From NCBI RefSeq assembly GCF_003048535.1, contig NZ_PIRQ01000006.1:125395-157394 (forward strand): a stretch of 32,000 bases of DNA, in the 5' to 3' direction. The notes beneath the pieces are model-generated. The model was given only the letters and a program-made list of their open reading frames with translations, was not told the DNA's origin and searched no databases. The translations under genes and the position numbers were made by a program. Below, piece by piece: positions 17,395 through 25,516 of this stretch; within the stretch, counting starts at the first letter, position 1; each line of letters starts with the position of its first letter. This DNA comes from Campylobacter concisus (GTDB lineage Bacteria; Campylobacterota; Campylobacteria; Campylobacterales; Campylobacteraceae).

Positions 17395-17442
17395 TTTTTA
17401 TACTAGCAATAGTTTATTGCCAAAGTAGTGCTAGTATAAAAA
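17395..17442. repeat. Perfect 14-bp inverted repeat (TTTTTATACTAGCA / TGCTAGTATAAAAA), 20-nt spacer, overlapping the ATPase stop codon
   Basis: Read directly from the sequence. Arms are at 17395-17408 and 17429-17442. Confidence 0.7.
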
Positions 17443-18627
17443 CCCAAACAGCCAAAGTGGAATTTTATTTCCAACCCCGACTTCAATATCGTCAGCTGCT
17501 ATATACGAATTTGGCATATCTTTTATCTGTTCAAAGCTCTTTTTAGCTCCACCTATTTCAAAGACAAACTCTCCCACTATAAAATCTCCATTTTTACCAG
17601 AGTAAATTTCAGTGATATTTCCAAGCTGATTGGCAAAGAAAGTTTCTCTCACATTGCCCATATCGGGATTATTTAGATACATTAAATTTGTATTTTCAAG
17701 GTAAATTTTGTCCGCCTTATCCATATTTTTTATAGCTAACTCGTTTTTCATGAGAAGCCTAATAAGCCCGGCACTATCAAGCATAGCAAGGTACTCTTTT
17801 AGTGTCCTATCATCTCTTATGTCTACAAGTGATTTTAGGCTTGAGTAATTTGGCTGATACGGGACGTTTGCGCTTATGGCATGAGTTAAGATCTTTAGCT
17901 TTCTTGCCGTGTTGCCGTTTAAATTTGGATATATGCTTAAAAGATCGCTATCTATCGTAGCTTCTATACTTTGTTTTAGAGTCTGATAAAAGGCAGTATC
18001 ATTTGGCATATCGTTATAATATGGATAGTAGCCTACCTTCAGATACTCTCTAAAAAGCTTAATGATTGCTAGATCTTTTTGTTTTAAGGCATTAATAATA
18101 TCAACAGCTATCTCCTGATGATTTGCGAGTAAATCTGTAAGCTCAACCGCTTCTAAATTTATACCATACCTTAGCCCTAGATACTCCCTAAAGCTCATTC
18201 CGCTCATCTTATACACTATTGCTCTTCTACTTAAATCATGAGAGTTTTTTAGTACTTCAAGAGCAGATGAGCCAGTAGCTACTATGTTTAACTCTTTAAA
18301 ATTATCATAGGCAAATTTTAATACGGCCGATATATCTTTGCTTTTATGAATTTCATCTAGGTATAGATGCTTTCCACCATTTAATACAAACTCTCTTATA
18401 ATCGAGGTTATATCGTTTGATATCTCTATGTCATCTAGGCTTAAGTAAAGACTATCTTTGTTTTTACTGGCAAGCTGAGCCAATGTAGTTGTTTTGCCTA
18501 TTCCTCTTTGTCCTAGGATAACGATAAGTCTATGAGATAAATCTTTAGAATCTATAAAATATCTTTTAAATTTATGGTTGTTTAACCTTATAAGGTCATT
18601 GCTCTTTAAAAAAAGTTGATCTAGCAT
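17431..18627 (-). CDS. AAA+ ATPase (COG1373-like), second copy of this class in the window
   Basis: Walker A GQRGIGKTTT and Walker B-like HLYLDEIH. The C-terminal tail PLWLFGFLY resembles PFGFMG of 1790..3004. Confidence 0.7.
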   Translation of the reverse strand: MLDQLFLKSNDLIRLNNHKFKRYFIDSKDLSHRLIVILGQRGIGKTTTLAQLASKNKDSLYLSLDDIEISNDITSIIREFVLNGGKHLYLDEIHKSKDISAVLKFAYDNFKELNIVATGSSALEVLKNSHDLSRRAIVYKMSGMSFREYLGLRYGINLEAVELTDLLANHQEIAVDIINALKQKDLAIIKLFREYLKVGYYPYYNDMPNDTAFYQTLKQSIEATIDSDLLSIYPNLNGNTARKLKILTHAISANVPYQPNYSSLKSLVDIRDDRTLKEYLAMLDSAGLIRLLMKNELAIKNMDKADKIYLENTNLMYLNNPDMGNVRETFFANQLGNITEIYSGKNGDFIVGEFVFEIGGAKKSFEQIKDMPNSYIAADDIEVGVGNKIPLWLFGFLY

Positions 18628-18764
18628 GGCTTATCCCTGAATTATGTAATACAATACAATTATAGCATAAAAATATGTGTGATAGACTACAAACATGGTT
18701 AATCTTAAAAGCATAAACCCTTTTTTATTGTAAATGACCATATACATTTACAATCAAAAAGCAC

Positions 18765-20906
18765 TCACTCTTCCCCTCCTTGATAAAAATTTACCTCTTC
18801 AACTAGATCCTTTAGAATTTTCGGAGTTACTGGCTCGCCATAAGTATTCATAGTGATCTTGTATTGTTGTTCGTGCCCTACAAGGGCAGCTATATGTTCA
18901 ATCCTCTGGCCACTTTGGATGAGCTTGTTTATGAATGTATGTCTAAATGAGTGAAATGTCCTTGTTTTATCATCATCTTTTATAACTTTAGTATTGATCT
19001 TCTTTCTAAAATATTCAGAGAAGTCTTTATTATCACAATTAAATAGCCTAACTGCTTTGCCACTTTGCTTAGCTAGTTTCTTTTTACTCTCTATAAATTC
19101 AAACAGCCCAATGCTATTTAGCTTAGAGTGGATAGGAACTATCCTTACAGAGTTTCTAGTCTTTAAAGTCTTACTCTTGCCTGTTTTTACATCTATTTTT
19201 GTATTTAAACTAAAGCATACTATGTTGTATTTTTCGACTATGTCATCTGTGTTTAACTGTATTATCTCATTTAGTCTCATGCCAGAGTAAGCTGCTATAT
19301 GAGTAACGAAAAATAGCTCATCTTTGCTTATTCTTTGACTTTTAGTATCGCCACTTGATCTAATCTTACTAACAATATCCAAAAGTGCATTTACGTCACT
19401 ATCTTCATAAGGATTTTTATTTGTAACGTCATCTTGGTTTAAATTTATTTGTAGATCCACAGCTGGGTTCTTATCTATATAGTCGCTATCGTAGCAGTAT
19501 TTAAAAAACTCACTAACTCTAACAATATACTTCTTAATGGTTGATTTAGAAATTTTTGGCTTATCTTTTGCTAAAGCTATGATCTCATCTAAGCTCTTAT
19601 CTTTATAGAGACTATTTTGAGAGAGTTTGGTTGGTAGTTGTAGTAAGACATTTCTGAAATTTAGCAAGTCATCTCTTTTTATCTTTTTGATATCTAGCCC
19701 ATCACCAAATTTCATAGACATTAGCCGTCCTACATGTCTAACAAGACCAAATGTGCTATCACTCCAGTTGTTTGAAATACTCGTGTTTGATACATAGTTT
19801 TCAAATGCACTCTTTAGCGTGACCATGTCAGCTTTACTGTCGCTTTTAGTAGATGAGACTAGCTGTGATTTAAAGCTTCTAGCTCTATTTGAGAAGAGCT
19901 TTTGAAAGAAATTTATAGCTTCATTGAAAGTCATGCCACTAGCATCACTTGTATCATCTATCGCAAGGTCTTTAGCCTCAATGCCACTTAAAACTATGCC
20001 CTTATCTTCATATTTATCTGCCTTGTATAGCTTTACCTGACCACCAAAGGTAGGATCATTTAAATTTCCATACCCAAATTTTAGATCACCACTTAGCTCG
20101 CTATCTCCATCTGGCATTAGCTCACAGCCAAATATTCTCAATATATCATTGTTTGTTAATGCACCCTTTTGTTTAGCTAGCTCATTTATAGTATCTGTTA
20201 GATCACAAATAGAGCGTTTTAGAGATTTTTTAGTAAAAGGTAGCACCAAATTCTGCTTTTTTAAAGTCTCTATGTCGTCTTGATAGCTATCTATGTTAGC
20301 CTCTTTAACGCCTTTTGCTATCTCGTCTTTAGTATTATCATCTAAATTTGCACTCTTGCGCTTTTTACCAAGTGGCACAAATGCTTGTTGCTCATCATTT
20401 AATAGCTTTTGGTTTTTGCACATCTTATATGATATGTGATTTATGTTATCTATCGTTGCCTCAAGTACTCTTTTGCCAAGAAGCTTTTTGGTGTGAGGAT
20501 CAGTGCAAGATAGCTTTTTACATATCTCATCAACCTCTTTTGATATGACACTGGGCAAGCTATCTTCTTTTAAACTCTGTTTTAAAAACAAATTTAGTGA
20601 TAGTAGTCCATCTAAATTTATATATCCGCCAAGCATATCATGCTCTTTGATACTTTTGGCCTCCTTGGCTTTTAAAAGCATAAGCACCAAGTGCTCTATA
20701 AGTTCGCTGCTCAAATTCATCTTCCATGCCTTTTTGATCGCGTTAAAAATTATAGAGTAGATCTTAGCACGATTTTTTGCTGTATCAAAGCGTTTTGTGA
20801 GGAAGGAGGTTATGTATTCGGTTTTATTACCAAAATAAGGCCTTAGATATAGTGGGATAGCTAATCTAAAGTAGTATATACCATTTCGTTTGACTAGATA
20901 TTGCAT
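18765..20906 (-). CDS. Tyrosine recombinase / phage-type integrase, unusually long (713 aa)
   Basis: The C-terminal catalytic region has AAYSGMRLNEI (Arg), HSFRHTF (H-x-x-R), LVGHE and TMNTYGE (Tyr). The N-terminus LVKRNGIYYFRLAIP is typical of integrase N-terminal domains. The gene abuts the tRNA fragment. Confidence 0.85.
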   Translation of the reverse strand: MQYLVKRNGIYYFRLAIPLYLRPYFGNKTEYITSFLTKRFDTAKNRAKIYSIIFNAIKKAWKMNLSSELIEHLVLMLLKAKEAKSIKEHDMLGGYINLDGLLSLNLFLKQSLKEDSLPSVISKEVDEICKKLSCTDPHTKKLLGKRVLEATIDNINHISYKMCKNQKLLNDEQQAFVPLGKKRKSANLDDNTKDEIAKGVKEANIDSYQDDIETLKKQNLVLPFTKKSLKRSICDLTDTINELAKQKGALTNNDILRIFGCELMPDGDSELSGDLKFGYGNLNDPTFGGQVKLYKADKYEDKGIVLSGIEAKDLAIDDTSDASGMTFNEAINFFQKLFSNRARSFKSQLVSSTKSDSKADMVTLKSAFENYVSNTSISNNWSDSTFGLVRHVGRLMSMKFGDGLDIKKIKRDDLLNFRNVLLQLPTKLSQNSLYKDKSLDEIIALAKDKPKISKSTIKKYIVRVSEFFKYCYDSDYIDKNPAVDLQINLNQDDVTNKNPYEDSDVNALLDIVSKIRSSGDTKSQRISKDELFFVTHIAAYSGMRLNEIIQLNTDDIVEKYNIVCFSLNTKIDVKTGKSKTLKTRNSVRIVPIHSKLNSIGLFEFIESKKKLAKQSGKAVRLFNCDNKDFSEYFRKKINTKVIKDDDKTRTFHSFRHTFINKLIQSGQRIEHIAALVGHEQQYKITMNTYGEPVTPKILKDLVEEVNFYQGGEE

Positions 20907-21013
20907 CTTTATTACCTATGCAATATAACTTTGTAGCAAAATGTAGCAGATATTTAGTGTGAAACTGGCTGTGTGCCGTCTTTTTGGTGCTTACACAAGG
21001 TTTATTTTTAAAC

Positions 21014-21059
21014 CCTCATAAGCCGGAGGTCGGGAGTTCAAGTCTCCCCCGTGACACCA
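21014..21059 (+). tRNA. 3' fragment (anticodon loop to CCA) of a tRNA-Met/Ile2 (CAU)-like gene; candidate att core
   Basis: Reads C CTCATAA GCCGG AGGTC GGGAG TTCAAGT CTCCC CCGTGAC A CCA. This covers the anticodon loop with CAT, the 3' anticodon stem, a 5-nt variable loop, a perfect T-arm, the 3' acceptor strand, the discriminator and CCA. The complementary 5' acceptor strand GTCACGG and the D-arm are absent upstream. Confidence 0.65.
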
Positions 21060-21188
21060 TAACATCCTATTTTAGGCACTAGCAGTGATGCTTTTGTTCT
21101 TTCCCTTTCTTTAAAATTTCCTTTAAGAGTGGAACACTTAGTTACTAAAGTGGGACAGCCTCTTAAAAATTCCAATGATTATAAAGTC

Positions 21189-21279
21189 ATCACCTTTTTA
21201 ATACCATTTTAATACCATAAAATAAATTTGTTTTAAATTTTTGCTTCTAGCTTTTATTTTAGGTCACCTTTAAAATACC
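21189..21279 (+). repeat. Direct repeats: tandem TTAATACCAT x2 (21198-21207, 21209-21218) and TCACCTTTWWAATACC x2 (21189-21204, 21264-21279)
   Basis: Read directly from the sequence. The 16-mers match at 14/16 positions. Confidence 0.6.
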
Positions 21280-21307
21280 CCAAGGAATATCCAGCTACTG
21301 CCAATAG

Positions 21308-21852
21308 TTAAGCTTCAGTAAGCTTAACGGTAAAGATGAAGAGCTTCATAGTAGAGCCTTTGTAAAGAATTTTCTTAAAGGCTTTCAAGAAAACTTTGAG
21401 AAAGACTATACCGCACAGCCTTACGTACAAAAAATGAAAGAGGGTATAATGACGAAGAAATAAAAGGTTATACGAGTTTGCAAACCGGCGCCAGCTATAT
21501 AAATTTCAAAAACATAACCGATACGAAAGATCTGGTAAAGACCATAACTCATGAAAACCAAAGATTGATGGATATACAAGATCATAGGGATATAAATAAA
21601 AATAGAGACAATGATACCAAATATGCATCAAATTTCTCAAATTTTGCGAGAAGTAAAGCATTCAATTGGGGCAATATCAAAACAATGGAGAGATTTCTTA
21701 AATACAAAATCAATAAATAGGGAAATAAATTATTAAATAATATGATAGAAAATAGTGGAAATATTTTTAGACATACAATTTTTCAAGGAGCAAATTATGA
21801 ACTTCGCAATACAATAAAAGACAATACTATTGGCGGTAGTGGTAATGAATGA
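21308..21852 (+). pseudogene. Decayed ORF lacking a start (one frameshift, one in-frame TAG); possible effector/toxin remnant
   Basis: Frame A is open at 21308-21463 with no start codon. Frame B is open from 21400 and interrupted by TAG at 21718-21720. It then continues in the same frame to 21852, where its stop overlaps the next ORF start (ATGAATGA). Confidence 0.45.
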
Positions 21853-22129
21853 TTTTTTTAATGCTTTTTGGCGAGAATTTCAATATAAAATCGTAGATTT
21901 AATCGTATATTTAGCCAATCATCACCCATTAGTTGCTTGGATTATCTTATATTTTTTGGGTTTGCTTGTACTATATTTTTGTTTTAAGTTTATTCGCCAT
22001 TGTTATATAATCTATAATAAATCTAAAAATATAAAAATTTTAAAAATAGGTATATCATTTTTTATTCCTATTGTTATTGTTTTTACTTTCTCGTTAAATT
22101 CACAATCTACAAATCAAATGGATATTTAG
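21845..22129 (+). CDS. Small membrane protein (94 aa), immunity-like
   Basis: An ATG at 21845 is preferred over the track TTG at 21830. There are hydrophobic stretches VAWIILYFLGLLVLYFCF and ISFFIPIVIVFTF. It is translationally coupled to the decayed ORF upstream. Confidence 0.5.
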   Translation: MNDFFNAFWREFQYKIVDLIVYLANHHPLVAWIILYFLGLLVLYFCFKFIRHCYIIYNKSKNIKILKIGISFFIPIVIVFTFSLNSQSTNQMDI

Positions 22130-22320
22130 TTTATTTTTGTATCTTTTCGTGGATTTCTACTATTGGTGTGATTTTTTGGGCTTTGCAACCTGAAAAATTT
22201 ATATCAGATAAACCACAAAATAGAAACCCTAAAAACAAAAGAAGCAAAAAGCTAAATTTGAAAAAAGTAAGAATTCGTTTAATTTTACAAATGTAAAATT
22301 AAAAAATAAACAAAACAGCG

Positions 22321-23110
22321 GTGATAAATAGAAATTTTAAAAATATCTTTAAAATAGGAATGACTGAAAGAATAAACGAAAAACTATTAGCCAATACACC
22401 AAAAGGCGGAAAATTAGGTAGTGATGGTATATTAAGACATAACGGTAAAGAGTATGTAGCTCATAGTATGGATATAACGGGAAATAAAGTGATATATCAA
22501 CAATTAGGTAAAAATAATAAACCGGTAGAGGTTTATAAAATTACTAACGATAAAGGTTATTTAGTGACAGCCTCTAAACCAAAGCTCTCTGCTTCGGAAA
22601 GCAGTCCTAGTACTTTAATAAAAGACGTAACAAAAGATATTAAATTTTTATGATAGCTCAAAAACACCGGGTATAGTAGCAGGCGCCACCATAGGCGTAG
22701 GTATAGATATTGGATCGCAGTATATAAATAACGGCTATAGTTTTAAAAATATTGACCATACAGAAGTAGTAATAAATGCATTAGGCGGTGCATATGGCGG
22801 AGCTGCTAGCGGTTTATTCTCAGCAATAGCCAGAGGCGCTTTTGTTAACTCATCTACCGAGCTATATTCTCAGCTTAAAGACAGATCAAAAGATGTAGAT
22901 GCAGAGAGAGTGGTCGGAAAAGGTTTTGCTGGTGGATTTTATGGACTGTTCGGCAGTCTTGCGGGAACAGGTGGTAAAACCATAAAAGTTGGCGATGGAG
23001 ATTTGCAGACTGCAGCAGAAGTAGGAACAAATTTTCTTACTGCAACAGGACAAGCTATTGCAGATAGTGTAGAAAGCAAAAAAGATAAAGCGAAAAAAGC
23101 AGATAAGTAA
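22321..23110 (+). pseudogene. Frameshifted glycine-zipper membrane-active protein; candidate T6SS pore-forming effector
   Basis: Frame 1 (22321-22653) ends ...DIKFL*. A second frame is open at 22631-23110 with no ATG, GTG or TTG before 22910. It encodes GIVAGATIGVGIDIG, GGAYGGAASGLFSAIARGA and GKGFAGGFYGLFGSLAGTGG. A4 and T5 runs lie in the 22631-22653 overlap. Confidence 0.5.
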
Positions 23111-23394
23111 TGAAGAAAAATTGGATTGTATTTTTTGGATCAATAGCATTTTTTATAGTAGGTGCTATTTGTATAATAATCCTAAAACTTCTTTTCGGAG
23201 AATATTATATTGATGCTGTAGCCGCATTAATCATACTTACAAATGTATATTTTATGATAAAAAACGGCATAAAAAAGAGTGACTTTTCGAAAAAGAATTT
23301 GAAAGAAATGGACGTCACGATAGGCGGCGTCTCTTTGATGCAGGCTATATTTGTATTTATAATGTGGATTGGTTACAATGCCACAAGAGGATAA
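23110..23394 (+). CDS. Three-TM small membrane protein (94 aa), candidate cognate immunity protein
   Basis: Its start overlaps the effector stop (TAATG). It has three hydrophobic helices. Confidence 0.55.
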   Translation: MKKNWIVFFGSIAFFIVGAICIIILKLLFGEYYIDAVAALIILTNVYFMIKNGIKKSDFSKKNLKEMDVTIGGVSLMQAIFVFIMWIGYNATRG

Positions 23395-23416
23395 ACATAA
23401 AAAAGCAGGCAATTAG

Positions 23417-23533
23417 GATTTACGGACTGGGGCTGAAGCTGGGGCAAGTATATTTACTGGAATAGTACAGGCAGTTACAGATAATATGAATAGTAAAGAT
23501 AATAAAAACAACAAAGACGATAAAAAAGAATAA
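23417..23533 (+). pseudogene. Orphan 38-codon tail homologous to the C-terminus of the 22321..23110 effector
   Basis: DLRTGAEAGASIFTGIVQAVTDNMNSKDNKNNKDDKKE* aligns with DLQTAAEVGTNFLTATGQAIADSVESKKDKAKKADK*, about 14/30 identical. The frame opens right after a TAG and has no start. Confidence 0.5.
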
Positions 23534-23644
23534 GAACCGATATAAAAGTTTTGTTTAAGAACATTAATTTTAAAATGGGCATCATTTAAATTTTTAGATA
23601 TAATTACGCAAAAATAATATTATTAAAATCAGGTAAAGGAACTC

Positions 23645-24112
23645 ATGAAAAAAATATTTAAATTTCTATCTTTTTTAGTATTTATGCTATTTCTTACAGG
23701 ATGTGCAAAAGATCTTATTATAAGCAATATGCCAAATTCAAATTTAAACTATCATGGCGATAATGTTCCTATAACTATCATAGCTTATAAATTAAGAGAT
23801 GTGGCTAAATTTAAAGAAGCTAGCATTATCGATCTAGCCGAGAAAAATGGTGAAATACTAGGCTATGATAAGATTGACTCTATAAAAACACAAATTCAGC
23901 CAAATACAAATAGATACGCTTTTACAAATGTATATCCTGACGAAGTTCCGTATGTTGGCATTTTGGTACTTTATGCTGATCAGAGCAAGACAAATATCAA
24001 GGCTTACAAAGCTACAAAAGAGATAAAAGAAAAAAATATAGTTTTTGAAATAACAAAAAATGGCGTAAATGTTTTAGACGCTAGTAGCTCTAAAATACAA
24101 GCAAGCAAATAA
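23645..24112 (+). CDS. tssJ: Type VI secretion lipoprotein TssJ
   Basis: Signal peptide plus lipobox LTGC, 155 aa. The segment NLNYHGDNVPITIIAYKLRDVAKFKEASIIDL matches the TssJ pattern. It sits directly upstream of tssK. Confidence 0.75.
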   Translation: MKKIFKFLSFLVFMLFLTGCAKDLIISNMPNSNLNYHGDNVPITIIAYKLRDVAKFKEASIIDLAEKNGEILGYDKIDSIKTQIQPNTNRYAFTNVYPDEVPYVGILVLYADQSKTNIKAYKATKEIKEKNIVFEITKNGVNVLDASSSKIQASK

Positions 24113-24113
24113 A

Positions 24114-25508
24114 ATGTCTGAAAAGCTAAAAGTCGTTTGGTATAACGGAATGAACGTTGATAAGGTTCATTTCGAGCAACAAGAAAGATATTTTGAGAGA
24201 AATTTAAACCTAAAAACCATCTCTTCTTTTTCAAATTTATACGGTGTTTTAGATTTAGAAATTTCAAGCGATCTTTTGCTTCAAGGCAAAGTAGGGCTAA
24301 CTAAAATTTCTTGTATCTCTCAAGATGGCACGATTTTCAATGCGCCAGATCAAGATGAATTACCAGAACCGCTTGAGATAAGCCCAAGCGAACTAAACTC
24401 AGCCATTATAGTGTTAAAACTACCTATTAGCTCAGGTCTGGTCGATATTAGCCTGCAAAATAATTTACCAAATCTAAAATTTACAGCCAAGCAAGCACTT
24501 ATTAGCTCAAGAGTGCATGATGAAGCTAGCAACGATATATTAAACGAGCTAGACGATAAAGATGATTTTGAACTATCTTCGGCCTTTACACAAGATAAAG
24601 AAAATCTAATCCTAGCAAGCCAAAGATCATCTCTTGGAGTATTTGGCTCAAAGATGCCTTACGAGCTTAGCATACCAATTTGTAAAATAAAAAATATAGA
24701 CCTAAATAAGCAAATAACACTTGACGAAAAATTTATTCCAACTTGTATTAACATCAGTAAAAATACCTTCATAACAAATTTTATAGAGGAGCTTAGCTTT
24801 GCTACAAAGCAACATCAAGAGAGTTATTTTGGGTTGCTAGGAGGTGTTGATCAAGCTAAAAATAGACTTGATTTTTCAACGTATTTAACACTAAATATGC
24901 TAAAAAAATGGCATTTGATATTCTCTTATTTACTAAAGAAAGATAAATTTCACCCAGAGTATTTGTATGAAAAATTAGTTGATTTTCAGGCTGATCTGTT
25001 GGCACTTAGTCACGATAATAGTTTTAGCGAATTTATAGCCTACGATCACAATAACCTAACTCAAACTTTTGTGCCTTTGATAAATAATCTAAGACTTTTA
25101 TTCTCACATATCTTATCTCCAAAATATATAATGGCACAGATTGTTAAAAATAATCACGGCTTTTATGACTGTATTTTTGATAATCCAAGCATTATTGAAA
25201 ACTCAGAAATTTATTTTGCTATTCACAGCGATACGAAAAATGAGTATCTTCTTAAAAATTTCAAAGAGCAATGCAAGATCCATACTCAATCAAATATAAA
25301 AGGCATAGTTTCTTCACAGCTAAGAGGTATAAACGTAGAGCAAATTTCTGTTGTTCCTAGTACTTTACCGAAGTTAAACGATTATATCTATTATAAGATA
25401 GACAAGAAAGATGAAATTTTTAAAAGCTTTGCAAATCAAAATGTGATTAGCGTTTATATAACGGCAAATTTACCGAATGCTGACATTAAAATGTGGGCTT
25501 TATTATAA
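24114..25508 (+). CDS. tssK: Type VI secretion baseplate subunit TssK
   Basis: N-terminus KVVWYNGMNVDKVHFEQQERYFE matches the conserved TssK N-terminus. 464 aa, in conserved gene context. Confidence 0.8.
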   Translation: MSEKLKVVWYNGMNVDKVHFEQQERYFERNLNLKTISSFSNLYGVLDLEISSDLLLQGKVGLTKISCISQDGTIFNAPDQDELPEPLEISPSELNSAIIVLKLPISSGLVDISLQNNLPNLKFTAKQALISSRVHDEASNDILNELDDKDDFELSSAFTQDKENLILASQRSSLGVFGSKMPYELSIPICKIKNIDLNKQITLDEKFIPTCINISKNTFITNFIEELSFATKQHQESYFGLLGGVDQAKNRLDFSTYLTLNMLKKWHLIFSYLLKKDKFHPEYLYEKLVDFQADLLALSHDNSFSEFIAYDHNNLTQTFVPLINNLRLLFSHILSPKYIMAQIVKNNHGFYDCIFDNPSIIENSEIYFAIHSDTKNEYLLKNFKEQCKIHTQSNIKGIVSSQLRGINVEQISVVPSTLPKLNDYIYYKIDKKDEIFKSFANQNVISVYITANLPNADIKMWALL

Positions 25509-25516
25509 GGATAAAA

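Noticed and set aside
18994-20760. ORFs 18994..19290, 20348..20548, 20503..20760 (+)
   Set aside because: They are antisense within the integrase gene.
20970-21059. A complete tRNA gene ending at 21059
   Set aside because: The required 5' acceptor strand (GTCACGG), D-arm and 5' anticodon-stem strand (CCGGC) are absent from the preceding 100 nt. Only the 3' 46 nt fit a cloverleaf.
21014-21059. tmRNA (ssrA) 3' end as an alternative reading of the T-arm/ACCA
   Set aside because: A CAT anticodon loop and a standard 5-nt variable loop precede the T-arm, which fits a tRNA. No tmRNA-like 5' GGGG acceptor partner or tag reading frame is nearby.
21550-21564. THENQ in the decayed ORF as a zinc-metalloprotease HExxH motif
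   Set aside because: The fifth residue is Arg (H-E-N-Q-R), not His, so the motif is not HExxH.
22910-23110. Track ORF 22910..23110 as an independent 66-aa gene
   Set aside because: The same frame is open from 22631 and encodes continuous glycine-zipper sequence. The GTG at 22910 has no RBS, so this is the tail of a longer frameshifted gene.
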